64,000 nt of DNA from Callorhinchus milii (GCF_018977255.1 NW_024704743.1:90522001-90586000); one strand, 5' to 3'. Numbered from the stretch's first letter, positions 38,626 to 51,784 are shown. The notes: generated by a model from the letters alone, not told the origin. Program-made: numbers and translations.

Positions 38626-38943
38626 GTGGAGTCCTGTAGCTCAGTGGTTAGAGCACTCGCTTTGCAAGCGAGAGACCTGAGTTCAATTCCAGGCAGAAAC
38701 CTTGGGCAAGTTTCCTTACTCCACACGCCTAATAATAATCCCTCCAAAACCAAAAACAATAATAAATTGATCATTTTCAATCTACGACTGTTTGTGGGAC
38801 ATTGCTGTGCGCAATTGGCTGCCGCGTTCGCCCACAAATATAGTCAATTCACTTTACAGTGTGTTCTGTGAAGCGCTTTGGGACGTCCTCCCCGACATGA
38901 AAAGCGCTATATCAAATGCAAAGGTTATTTTATTATTATTATT
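38626..38943 (+). mobile_element. tRNA-Ala/Deu SINE nested in solo LTR
   Basis: Full head, body and tail inside 37837-39250. Confidence 0.9.
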
Positions 38944-39724
38944 CTTGAGGGTTGCCTTCTGTCGCTTGGCAGGCCCTGTCAGAATCTAGCGACTTATTGC
39001 TAAGTCGAGATTCTATATCGACCGGTACCTTGGACCGTTATCTCTGTGGGCGTGTTGTCATTTACTGATAAGAGGTGACCCCCTGCCCTTTTCCAAAGCT
39101 GTCCTGTTATTCTTTCAAAAACAGAGAAAAGCAGATGTGTCCTATCCCATGACTGTCAGTCCAGTTGTCCCCCACACTTAACTTAAAAGTGAACCCATTC
39201 ACAACATCTATTATGATTCTAGCAGTATACAAAAAGTGTATATTCTAACACACTGTTAAGCACTGCGTGGAGGGCCCTATATAAGTGCAAGTTGTTGCAG
39301 ACAATGATTAATGAATCCTCTTGGGGCTTTTTACCCAAAACTTTACCGTCCTTAAAAAGGCATTCAAATTATTTTCCTTCTATTCAATTACAGTTCCAAA
39401 GGCTCCCTCTGCCATACACAATCTATTTTATATTGAAAAGAGCCTTTCATGTCGGGAGGACATCCTAAAATGTGTTCATTCACATTTGAGCCTCAACACC
39501 GAGTGTTGGCCCCTTCCAAAAGGATAGCGATTGGGAGCTCAGTTTAATTTCCTCTTAACATAGGGCTCAGATACCACTTGCAGTGCTGCTCTGACTGAAA
39601 TCAGCTGAGCTCAGTGAGGCATGGGTTTGAGCCTTGTGTAGTCTCATACTGTAACAATGCCTTTACCCACTATAAGACTGAGAATTTATAAATTATGAAT
39701 TGACTTTATATTTTGCGGGCACCA

Positions 39725-40265
39725 GGCGCCTAATTGGTTCAGTTGGTAGCACTCTCACCTGAGTCAAAAGGCTGTGAGTTCAAGTTCCACATCAGGAATT
39801 TGAACTCAGTTTAGGTTAGAGGATGGGCAACTTGCATTTGCGGCCCACATAACTATTCCACGCATCCGTCAATGGGTACGCAAATTGGCCGTGCAATGCA
39901 GGGCTGGATTTGCACTGCGGTGTTGGAGGCATTCTCCTTCAGATGAGACTCTAAATCAAGATTCCTTTTGCATGTCAGATGGACGTTAAAGATCTCATGG
40001 CACTATTTGAAAGAAGAGCTTCTCCCGGTGCCCTATCTACCAATCCCCCCAGAAAACAGTGGGCATTTGCTTTGTGGCTCTGGGACATTGCTATGTGCAA
40101 ATCAGGTGCCACACTTGCCTACAAAAGTCTTTAACCAAGCATAATTCCCAGGACAGCGGGAGCGGTAGTTGCTTGAGTAAGCAGCTTCAGGACACACAGG
40201 TTAATCCTGTGAAATGCTTTGAGACGTCAAGCAGAAGTGAAAGGTGCCACATCAAAGATTACTAA
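39725..40265 (+). mobile_element. Older tRNA/Deu SINE family copy (related minus-strand copies at about 8180-8560, 46210-46590, 50080-50460, 57410-57835, 60213-60810)
   Basis: cagttggtagcactctcacctgagtc head, ttcagatgagac..aaagatctcatggcactattt core and Deu box. Confidence 0.7.
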
Positions 40266-43200
40266 TAAGGAAATGAGGACATTAAGGAGTATAGAGGAAA
40301 GGCAGGGAAGTGATGAAAAGATCTGCCATCATTTAATAAACTAGTAGAAAAGTTTGATGGCCTTTTCCTGTTCCCACGTCACCCAAGTTTCTAGAATAGT
40401 CTATATTTATCTCTGAATTCCTGTCTTCAACCAAGCATAATTCCCAGGACAGAGGGAGGGGTAGTTGCTTGAGTAACTAGCTTCAGGATACACAGAAGGT
40501 TAAGAATTTGTCATCCCCAAACTAGCAAAACCACTTTGTGAGCAGTGACCAAATGGACCAAATTTAATTTATAGCAACTTTAATTCAAACAACAATGAAA
40601 GGAATCTTCAACCCTCAAAAAGGTTAAAGTCCACCTTTAAAAAGGCAACCAACAGCTATTCAAAAAGATCGTTCTAGCCAACTGCACAATCTGTGAAAGA
40701 GTAATTTATTCTAAGGCTAAATAAAAAGACAAAAAACACAGGGCTGGGATGGTAATGGATTCGAGTTGAAAAGCACGGGAACTGCTAGTCTCGACAGTAA
40801 GAGATGAAGTTGTGAGCCCAAGAGAAACAGGGTGGGGCTTTGCCATTTTATATAATAGTTTTAAAAAACACACCAAAAATAGAAACAGTAAAATGAAGGG
40901 GAACAGAGGAAGGTTGTGCATCACCCGAGAAAATGGATTAAGCACACTGTACAAGATGGATTAACCCATTAAAATCTTAATGTTAGGTTTTAACCCCCGT
41001 CAGGAAGAGTAGAAGCCACATAAAAATTAATTATTACAATCAGCTATTTCAACACTAGTTCTATACTTAAAAGTTACCATTATCGTAGCTTTAAATATAT
41101 ATAAAATCAGGAAGACTATTTGTACAGCTCAATAGGCTGTTTTCAGCCTTGAACAAAGTAATAAATAAATGGTTACACATCAATGGTTTTCATTTGGTGA
41201 TTTTATTTTAATTGACATTCTCTACCTCAGATGGTTTCATTCCTTCTTCTTGTTCTCTTATCAAATACTCAAGATAACCCCTACGTTAACAGACATTTCA
41301 GCAAAAAAAGTGCCAAGTCAACTCAAATTTAAAAACTGATAACAGCTCTGCATTAATCAAATAGCAGAGTGGGCTTACTTGCCATTACTTATTGATTTCT
41401 TGATAAAAGCACAAAACTGTTAAGAGATTTTATCTTTTACCATCTTACAAAATTACTGGGAGAGTCAAACCTTTGACTTCACTCATTGAGAGCGAGCCAG
41501 GCTGACACACAATTGTAAGGGTGATGAGTACTGTACACTGAAACTTAAACAGACTCAAAACATGTGTTTAGATGGTTTCATTTACTGCAAGTTATTTTCC
41601 TGTGCACAGGTGGCATTGCGGTTACTTTTGGCTACCAACATTACAGTACCAAGCACAATAACACAATTCCTACACTGGCTCCACATTATCTCTTAACACT
41701 ACAATGACCTTTCCTCATAGAAAGGCCTGGAAAGTCAGGCAAGAAATGTCCTTGACTGCCTAAGCAAATTAGAAGAGTTTGAAAAAATCTGACGATAGTT
41801 GTGGGTCAAGCCCTGTATTGGACTTTAGGCTGACACTTTTGTACAAAAAAAACAATAATAAATTGGTCATTTTCAATCTACGACTGTTTGTGGGACATTG
41901 CTGTGCGCAATTGGCTGCCGCGTTCGCCCACAAATAAACAGTCAATTCACTTTACAGTATATTCTGTGAAGCGCTTTGAGACGTCTAGAAGACGTGAAAA
42001 GCACTATACAAATGCAAGGATTATTATTATTATCAGATGAGGTCTTGTCTGCTTGTTCAGGTGGATGTTAAAAATCTCATGACAGTATTCAAAAAGAAGT
42101 GAGTCTCTCCAGCTAACCTGGCAAACAACTCCTAAATACAATTGATCATTCACTTGATGGCTATATGTGGCACATTGCTGTACACAAATTGGCTGCCCCA
42201 TTTGCTTACACATTGCACAGTCGGAACACTTTACGATATAACCTTTGAAATGCTTTGAGGCATCCTCCCAAAATGAAAGGTGTGATATCAAGTGTAAGGA
42301 TTATTATCATTGTTATCTACAACCAACTTTTCTTTCATTGTCCTCTCTCTTTCCATGGTCTCCCATGAGTTCTCAGTTTGGAAAAGCACAATTTAGAACA
42401 CAAATGAACTATATGACCAGGAAAGACTCAGCTGCACAGCAACTGGCCTTGAGAGCTCATAGGAGAAACCAGCCAGGGCTCTTCCTGCTATCCAGTGCCC
42501 TCTGGTGGAAAGTGGAAACTTGTTCAAATTTGTTTAGTCATGCTGAAAGAAGGTACTTCTGGATAACTGACTCCCACAAATCACACCTAAGCAGAAGCCG
42601 GTACCTTCAGGAAAGAAAAGAAGCACGTTGGATTGAAAAATAATTCTCATTGTATCATAAATTGGAGGAAACCATTGATACCTTTCAATTTTGTGACAGA
42701 TGTCGATCCCACACCACCATACAAATGTGGCAAAAGAGCAGGGATTGCCACCACCAGCATTTCCAAGCTCAGCAGAAAACTGAATAAAAACAGTGGCAAC
42801 CAATGATACTGATGTGTAGCTTAATGCAGGGGACATCAAATGCTTGCACACTGTTATTTTGAAGCCGGTATACACTCCAACACTTAGCTAACCAGACTAA
42901 TGCGAAGGGGGGGAAATCCAGTCCAGCTAAATGTTAATGCATTTAAAATAAATATAATAAAATAAAATACAAAATTCCAAATGAAAGTCAATAATCTAAC
43001 ATTTAAAATGAATAAAAATGAATTTAAAATAAATAAAATGGATTTTTGGCTCACAGAATTTAATTTTTTTCCAGACTTCACCTGGTTCAGCCAAGTCCAA
43101 ATTCAGGGTACTTGAAGTCAAGGGTTGAGTGTACCTATGAGGTTCGTTGCTCAGTAATGCAACAAACAACCTTGGAGACATCTCTGCTCACTTGGAAAGA

Positions 43201-43783
43201 GGCAGCGCTAACCAGGTTAAGGACGCCACATAATCTATCCCACCACATGATACATCACAAAAAAGAACTACTTCTCAATTATAAGACAAATGCAAACTAC
43301 AATACGTTCACCAATTCATCATGCAAGGCATCCCATAGCATAGTGATCAGCGCACTCATCCTGCAAGCGAGAGGATCTGGGTTCAATCCCGAGGTGGGGC
43401 AAAATCTTTGCAAGTTTCCTTACTCCCCACAACTCTGATTACCCAGCAGTAAGTTGCACCCAGTAAAACCCACATAAGTCGTGTAATTCGGGATCACTTT
43501 CTAGGGGTATTATCCCGCCCTCAAAAAAAATGTGGTCATTCATTCCACGACTGTTTGGGGACACTGCTGTGCGCGATGGGGCTGTTGTGTTTCACCCACA
43601 AAAACACAGTCAATCCACTTTACAACAACGTGATGAAGGTGAAGGGGACTGACTGACTGACTGTAAGCTTCCTGCAGTGGAGGAGGGCATCAGACTAACC
43701 CGAGCAGCTCTGGGGCCCTGTGCACCCAAAGCTATGCCCAACAGCAGAAAGAAAGGGACCATTCTGTGCCATCATCCCCAAAC

Positions 43784-43864
43784 ATACACACACACACACA
43801 CACACAGTGTGTGAGAGCTGCTCTCTCTCTCTCTCTCTCTCTGTGTCTCTCTCTCTCTCTCTCT
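43784..43864. repeat. (CA)n/(CT)n compound microsatellite beside the CpG patch
   Basis: Read directly from the sequence. Confidence 0.9.
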
Positions 43865-43875
43865 GTGTCACTCAC

Positions 43876-44160
43876 TGCACTGACCTTCCAAATTCGAACG
43901 CCGTCCACAAACGCTTCGCGACCGTGATTGACAGGTGTGAGGGGGGCGGCACGTCCGGGAGCGGGTCCTCGGCCTGGCCGGGCGGCTCGGGCGGGATCAC
44001 GCCCAATTGGGCGGGTTTTGTGTGCGTTGGGGACTGTGCAGGAAAAAGGGCGATGCCTCATTTTTTTCCCACATTTTTTATTTAAACCCGCAGAACGCTC
44101 CCCGCACCCTGGAGGCCTCTTCTTCCACGGTTTCAAAAACCACTCACCTACATCGTGCGG
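43876..44160 (-). promoter_or_regulatory. CpG-rich probable CNDP2 promoter and non-coding first exon
   Basis: Clearest CpG-dense unique patch upstream of the gene. Palindromic CCAATTGG next to a GGGCGG box at about 44002-44014. Minus-strand donors AAG|GTCAGT (exon end 43885) and GCA|GTGAGT (exon end 43876). Confidence 0.6.
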
Positions 44161-47100
44161 TCTGCTCCCCATTAACAGGCAACCCATAACATTGGGCTAC
44201 TTCTGGTTGACTTGGGCTACAAATGCAGTTTGATTTCTAGCAAAACCTACCAGTGTTCAGTGAACCATCAGGTTATAGCATCGAGAGACACACACACAGT
44301 GTTCCTGCAGATTGGATTACTGTTTTGTAATAATGTGGGTTTAATGGTTGTCCAGCCAGTCATTGATTTAACAGGGTTTGTCTCAATCCAGGGTTTGATT
44401 TGTTCAACAGGGTTTAGATGTCAGCCTGGCTCAGTTGGTAGCACTTTGGTAGCACTTTTGCCTCTTGAGTTTTAAGGCACTATATCAATTGCAAGGATTA
44501 TTGTAGGTTGAAGCCTCAAATTGGGATTTAGACTCATGTAGTCTATGCTGACACTCCACTGCAGTGCTGGGGAGTGCTGCATTGTTGAAGGTGCAAGGGG
44601 AAGATGAAAGAGATCTCGAGGTGTTAGTTCACTAGTCACTCACCATGTCATAATAGTGTGAGGAAGCTGATAATCATTACAAGGATAAAGTACACGACGC
44701 TCGGTTCGGAAACCTTATTTAGGTTCGGGAGACCTAAATTAGAGCATGAAATATATAATAATACAATAATAATCCTTGCACTGATATAGCGCTTTATAAT
44801 CCTGACCTATCTTGATCCATCGATCTATTGATTCATGCACAGAAGAACTTAATTTCTCACAATTCAACGTGATTCCAACGTTTGCCAGTAACTGCACTTG
44901 GGCGACGTATTGAATCGCAGGAAATGTAGTCTTGACCCATCACCACGTGCTCACTTACCGGCTGCAGTGACAAACATGTGCATTTACCAGCTACATTGAA
45001 TTTCACATATGCAGAGTATATTATTGATTAAACCGTATTTTAACCATCTTATACAGTATGCCTACAACTTGGACTTTGCATAAGTCATATTAAATGTTCC
45101 CGAATTATACAACTTATGTGGGTTTTACTGTATATCCAAGATAAACGACTAGGTTTTTATTTTTAAACTGGTCATGTGATTGTCTCTTGTATTATCGCAA
45201 AAATTGCATCTGAGCCTGTCATCAAACATCCACACACACTTACTCCTAGCAGGGTTTCCTTGATGGCAACTAATTTGGCTAAAGGATTATTAGCCTAGGA
45301 CTTCCAGGTTAACTCTCTTCTCTTTTCAATTTTTGCCATAGGACCTTCAAAACGGACCTGGACTTACATTTAACACCTCATCTGAATGATAGCAACTCTG
45401 GCATCACTCGTCTGGTTCAGCATTGGAGTGTCAGCCTGAAAGTGCTACCAACTGAGCCAGGCTGACACCACTTGTGTTCGTGATTTTAGCTTGGCACATG
45501 CAGTTCAAGATAAGCAAATTGCTTTTTGTATCTTAACTTAGAAGTTTGCGTATAAACAAATCGCTAAAGTGGTCTGAGTATTTGGCTGGCCTCTGGGTGC
45601 AAAGATTGTAATCCACTGAACTAAGAATGCCTTCAGCCAGCAACAAAACTCTCAGATTTACGCTCGAAATCATAGGATATGCAACATCAAACATATTTTA
45701 TCATTCCCTCCCCTCAACTATCAGTGTATCTCCCATCATGAGACACCATCCTGGAACAGTTGTAGAAGTGTCAGTGCTACATTATTGGCGTAACAACCCA
45801 GAAAAAGAAAAGTACTGATCAAACTATGCAAGCATGAAACAACAACAACAAAATTACATTTGTACAGCGCCTTTCACATCGGGAGGAATGCACATCTCCA
45901 TGAGACTAACTTGTGACTGCTGTCAATATGCTCAAAACATCAATAGCCCTTTGAGAAAGCAATGTTACTTTTGAATTGAAATGAAAATTACTATTTAGAA
46001 TTCCCTATAATTTCCTGAAAATGTATAATGTGAACTCATAATAACAAATTTTAGTTATTACAATGTTGTGAACCTTGGAAAGGTTTTAGCTCATTTTAGC
46101 TCAATTAGTTAGTAACAAGATACACATCTTTCATCCCCAGGAGTTTGTCATAATAAGACTATAATAAGACTTGTCATAATAAGACTATAAATCTCTGGTT
46201 ATAATAAATAATAATAAGCTTTGATATAGTGCCTTATCACATCATCAAAACGTTTCAGGCTTTAACTGTAAAGACTGTGCATTTGCAGCCAATTTGCATG
46301 CAGCAATGTCCCACAAACAGCTATCAAGTGAATGTCCATTTATGTTAACTGGGGGATTGTTGGCCAGGATACTAGAAGAAATTCCCATCTCTCTTTAAAT
46401 GGTGTAGGATCTTTAATGTCCATCTGAAAGGGCAGACAAGACTTTATCTTTACATGCCATCACAGGCACAGCACCTCTGAAAATACACCCCCAGCACTGC
46501 GCTACAGTGTCAGTCTAGACTATATGATACATGGGCCTTGAGCCCACAATCTTCTGAGTCGGTGGCAAGGATACTATGAACTGAGCCAAGCTGATCCCAT
46601 ATGACTTTCAAGCGCAGGTTAACAGCGTCCAGTGAACATCCCAGGACAGGGAACTGACTTGTTGACCTCATGGTTGATTGCACAACCATGCTCTAAAATG
46701 TACATATTAGAAACTTGTTAGATTGAATCCTGATTTGTAGTGAATTAGTTGATCGCAGTCCAGGGTAGCATTGGAATTAGCTAAGTGCTCCAAGCTTGGG
46801 AGAGGAAAAGCAGCCAAGGTTCCGCCTAATGGTTACTACGTAACAGCCCTTGATGGAAGGTGCACATTTGGGACATGAGGTACTTACATAATAATAATAA
46901 TGATGATAATAATTTTATTTCATATAGCACCTTTCACATTGAACGTCTGAAGCACTTCAATGATTTACTGTGTAAAGTGTAGTGACTGCATATTTTGTAG
47001 GAAATACAGCAACCAATTTGCACACAGCAATGTCCCACAAACAATCATGAAATCAATGATCACTTTTATTTGGAGATTGTTGACCAAGACACAAGAAAAA

Positions 47101-47469
47101 ACTCCCTACTCTTTTCACATAGTGCAGTGAGATCTTCATCAGCCACCTTGTAAAAAGCAGTGGATGTTTGTTTTCTTTAAGTATGGTTATTAGTAGTGTA
47201 CAGTTTCTTAAGACGTTTTATTATTCACACAATCCTACATTGTTTATTAATGAGGGTTAGTTGGTTTAGATTTGAGTCTAGAAGTCTGAAAGCAATAGAA
47301 CAGGCATACGTAAACGTAGATCTAGGTGTCAATGTAATTAAATTCAGTATGTGTTCACAAGGCTGCAAAGACTGGCGAGGTCAGCAGAATGGGAAGATAG
47401 ACAGGCCAGCACCAGTTGCTTTAAACATGTTAGAGTGGGGAGGACAATAAACAGAAGACACACTCAATT

Positions 47470-47790
47470 AATAATAATAATAATAATCCTTGCATTTGAT
47501 ATAGTGCTTTTCACGTCAGGAGGACGTCCCAAAGCACTTCATAGAACACACTGTAAAGTGAATTGACTGTATTTTTATGGGCGAATGCGGCAGCCAATTG
47601 CGTACAGCAATGTCCCACAAACAGTCGTAGATTGAAAATGACCAATTTTTTTATTTTTGTTTTTGTTTTTGGAGGGATTATTATCAGGCGTGTGGAGTAA
47701 GGAAACTTGCCCAAGGTTTCGCCCTGCCTGGAATTGAACTCAGGTCTCTTGCAAAGCGAGTGCTCTAACCACTGAGCTACAGGACTCCAC
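47470..47790 (-). mobile_element. tRNA-Ala/Deu SINE, full length
   Basis: Nearly identical to 18166-18477. Confidence 0.9.
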
Positions 47791-47816
47791 GATTAAATTA
47801 AATTAAATACATCAAC

Positions 47817-48641
47817 TGAGACATTTCTTGACTCCTCGAGCTCCAATGGGTCACAAGACAGAAGGGAGATTAGGGTTGAATGGAGGAGATATTTACATGA
47901 GATGCTTTAAGAAAGAATGGGATGTTTGAGAACCATTCTTTTATTTGAGATAAAGATACAAGAAAGGGTATTGTTTAGAATAAGTAGGTTAACTAGAGCA
48001 GGAATACTGAGCAAAAAAAAGGTTTCACGCCAGATAGCAGGATCAAGAGGGGAATATCTGGTCAATGTCCAAAGATGGTAATGGGGTATAAAGATAAAGA
48101 AAAAGAGTGGTTCGACACAACAGTTGAGGAAGCATCCACGAGAAGAGAAGTGACGACCTCCCACCTGCCACGGTTGTCCGGATGCTGAAAACGGGTAGTA
48201 TGTTTTCAGTTGTTCTGTAAAATCAGGCAAGGAGGTGTTAGTGCAAGGGTAACTGGTGCATGAAGGAAGCGAGGCCAGGTCAGATAGCGTGAGTGAGGCA
48301 CTGAGCTAGAGTCTCATTACGGGTTGAGATTAATTAATAATTAATAATAATAATTAATAATAGAGTATTCCTTAGATCGGTTGTCCCTGAGGGTTTGCCG
48401 GGGGCCGGTCATTGTGGTATTTAGAAGTATAAGGTCGGTAGGCTCCGAGGGTTTCCTAGAGGCCGACGACAGACGTAAAGATTGTAGTTTATTGATTTAA
48501 GATTAACTGCGTCATATCGATTGTGTTTTGTATCGGGTAACTGGTACAGTTGCATTGTGATTTTATGTCTCAATTTCAATAATATAACATCTTGAATTAA
48601 GATCTATACTCCTATCATTGTCTGCAGCCGGGATATTTACA
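47817..48641 (+). mobile_element. Probable solo LTR (about 825 bp) inserted in an old SINE
   Basis: TGAGAC...TTTACA termini; CAAC at both junctions; removal restores catcaacctgaataggcagacgggacc SINE core; TATAAA at about 48087; CpGs retained. Confidence 0.6.
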
Positions 48642-50519
48642 ACCTGAATAGGCAGACGGGACCTCGGTTTAACATTTTATCCAATTTGTAGTCTCACCTT
48701 AAATTGTGAATTCTGAGATCCAACATGTGTTAACCAACAACTTTCTGAATCTGAGGTGACAGTGCTATCAGCTGGGCCAGGCTGACATAACTTAGAGAAG
48801 ATAGCTCCACTGGGGAAGCTAACACCAGCACAGATATCATTCTGTGGTGTAAACTATCTATGATTCTAAATGCTTTCCCTTTCAGTTTTTACCTATCTCA
48901 AATAAAATTAATAATATTTGAATGTGTTCAATAAAATAAACCCTGTAATTCTCAAACTACAGTTCCTCCCTGAAACAGCAGAGGGAGACAACATATTGAT
49001 TTTTATCTCAATACATATTTTATCAACACAAAACCAGTGCTCAATGTATATCTTGTAAGCAAGTCCACCATAGCTAAGCTGACCATGGACTTGAGGGAAG
49101 GGGGCAGAAATTAACTAATAAATTAATGCATTAAGTCAATGGTGTCTTTTAACACATAGCTCTATTCTTGAAATCTGATAGTTTGGTTAAGTCTAAGACA
49201 TCAAGGAGAGGCAAATTCTCTGCTGGTCAGTAAATATATGGAGCTCTGAGGTTAGGTTTTCCCCTTTATGGTTACACATTGCCAAGGTCAGTTGGTACAT
49301 TTACATTATAAGCAGAGAAACATCCTGTGGATTTACAGTATGTTCCTGTGAATGGGGAAAATCATAAACAAGATTACTTCCAGTTATTAACAGGTTATTA
49401 TTATTATTAAACAAACCCTTACATAAAAGCCACTTTGGTCCAGTCCCCTGAGTGGTTGATGATCAGATTGCAAGGCATTATTCATTTGCCTTCTTATTTG
49501 TGTCGAGGTAGATGCTTTGGGTTGGTATCAGAACAACAAAAGCATCATATCTTTCACTGACAACCATTCACTTAATAGATAATTGCTGGAGAATGTTCTG
49601 GAAAATGCACGTGAGTACATCAAATAAGAATACGATGTGAAGTCTTGTTGTGATTTAGCAATTTCCCTTTACAAACAAGGTTGTTTGTACAAATATGCAG
49701 TCAATTCACTTTACAGCATAATCTGTGAAGCGCTTTGAGACGTCGAGAAGACATGAAAAGTGCTATTCAAATGCAAGGGTTATTATTATTATTAAACAAA
49801 CCCTTACATAAAAGCCACTTTGATCCAGTCCCCTGAGTGGTTGATGAAAACAGGATTGACTGCATTTGGTTCACAGTAATTGTGAAGAAGCATTAATCGC
49901 AGTTGAACTAATGTCTGACACTGTGTCTGTCAATATGAAATTACTTAAACATGTCAATGTTTAAGCGCTCTGTGACCCTGGCCTGCGTGAGGAGCGCTAT
50001 ATAAATGCAAGTTGTTGTCGTTATTGTTGAAACTTTATTACCAATTACTCATTAGTTACTCATTAATTTCCAATCAGAAATAATAAGCCTTGTATTTTAG
50101 ATTCTTATAAACCAAGAATGTCAAAAAATGCTTCACGGGGAATTTCTGTAAAAAGTTCTGACTGTTTGACAAAGGCAGCAACCAATTTGGGTATAGCAAT
50201 TTCCTCACAAACAGTCTTGAAATGAACTACCAGTTTATCTGGAGGATGATTGGCAAGGATGCTTCCTCCCTTTTTGGATAATGTCATGAAATCTTTAACA
50301 CCTACCTGAACAAGTAGACAATTTAGCATCTCATCTGAAGGATAGCACTGCTGACAATGCAGTACTCCCACAGATAATGAACTCAAACTCTGCACATGGG
50401 GCCTGAACTCACAACCTTCTGACTCAAAGGCAAGAATCCTACCAACTGAGCCAAGCAGACACATAAAGATGATGACTGATACTTCCTGGTGTGAGATTTT
50501 CCTTCACAGTGATTTTCTT

Positions 50520-51010
50520 CACAATTTCCCACGCATTGGAAATGTTTTATCTGCGAGACTGAAGATGCAGGGACCCTGGAGCTGCATTGGGTTAACATAA
50601 AAAGTGCAGTCCAAAAAAAATCATGTGTCAGTTAAGGTTCCAATTATTTTGGAAATTATTTTGATACTGCAAGTCTTATGGAAACAACAATAAAGGTTAT
50701 TCTGCACTCATTGCTCAAAATGGAAAATATTTGCACTCAAAATCCCCAAATTCATTTTGTTTGATGATTATTGTACCTCACATTCCGGGTTCAAGGAAAG
50801 GCCACATCTGTATCAATTGCAAATCGCCTGCAGGGCAGCAGTTAGCTTTGAATGAGCAGCGACGGTTTCTAAGGAGCACTGCTGCTAGTTATGAAATGTT
50901 ACCATCTGGTTTGATCTGAACTTTACACTTGACCAATAATGCAATGTTACAGAGGTAATGATTCAGACTGAGGAGCAATCTGTGGTAACGACACCAATGT
51001 AAATGCAGCA
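50520..51010 (+). mobile_element. Highly decayed PIF/Harbinger transposase fossil
   Basis: Ordered frameshifted motifs NIKSAV..NHVSVKVP / YGNNNKGYSALIAQ / HIPGS resemble NVIGAIDCTHV.I.AP / Y.NRKG..S..VQ / WPGS. Confidence 0.4.
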
Positions 51011-51166
51011 GCTTGTACGTGTTCTCTTATTACATTGCCTCATAGTCACGTATCAGCAAATGGACCATTTCTTTGATTCACTCCGATTATCAACTACGCA
51101 GTAACATTTACTATGAAGTTATTCTGACAACCATTGTATTCTTCAAAACATATCATTGTTACAAAG

Positions 51167-51784
51167 TGGAGTCCTGTAGCGTACTGGTTTGAGCGCTCAC
51201 CTCGCAATTCAGAAGACCCGATTCTATTTCTGGGAAGGGCGAAATATTAGGGAAGTTTCTTTACTCCACACGCCTCTGTTCACCGAGCAGTAAGCAGGAA
51301 CCCGTTGTTAGTCGATTGGCGGATCGCTTTCCAGGGGTAATAGTCCCTTAAAAAATTGTAACTATACAATTGGTCACTCAATCTACGTCTGTTTGTGCGC
51401 ATTTAGCTGTCACATTTTGCCCACAAAATATAATAATAATCCTTGCATTTGATAGAGCGCCTAATAATATCTTCGAGATGTCACAAAGCGCTTCACAGAA
51501 TATACTGTAAAGTGAATTGACTATATTTTGTGGGCAAAATGCGGCAACCAATTGGGCACAGCAGTGTCACACAAACAGTCGTGGATTGAAGTGACCAATT
51601 TATTATTATTATTTTTTGAAGGAATTTTTACCCCTGGAAAAGCAATCCACCAATCGACTAACAACCTATTTTGCATATACTGTCAATTCAGGTTACAGTT
51701 TATTCTGCAAAGCACTTTGAGACAATTCAACGACATGAGAAGGGTGTGATATCAAATGCAAGGATTATTATTATTATTATTATT
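51167..51784. mobile_element. Cluster of oppositely oriented, nested SINE copies (long variant)
   Basis: + head/body 51167-51430, minus-strand copy about 51430-51665, + tail to 51784. Confidence 0.75.

Larger units (their letters stand above)
37837..39250 (-). mobile_element. Solo LTR (ERV-like) with 4-bp TSD CACT
   Basis: Termini TGTTAGAA...TTCTAACA are perfect inverted repeats. CACT flanks both sides. It splits an L2 tail whose intact form is at 56970-57010. Minus-strand TATAAG at about 38350 and AATAAA at about 37890. Confidence 0.85.

Noticed and set aside
38626..38700. tRNA-Ala genes (also at 25472, 29030, 47720, 63142)
   Set aside because: These are SINE heads. The acceptor stem is imperfect and each continues into a SINE body and tail.
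43720..44233. Overlapping 100-150 aa ORFs in the CpG patch
   Set aside because: They are by-products of GC-rich sequence and microsatellite, with no homology I recognise.
43461..45130. Pack-type transposon carrying the CNDP2 promoter
   Set aside because: The host SINE continues on both sides of the left TIR, and no TA TSD is present on the left.
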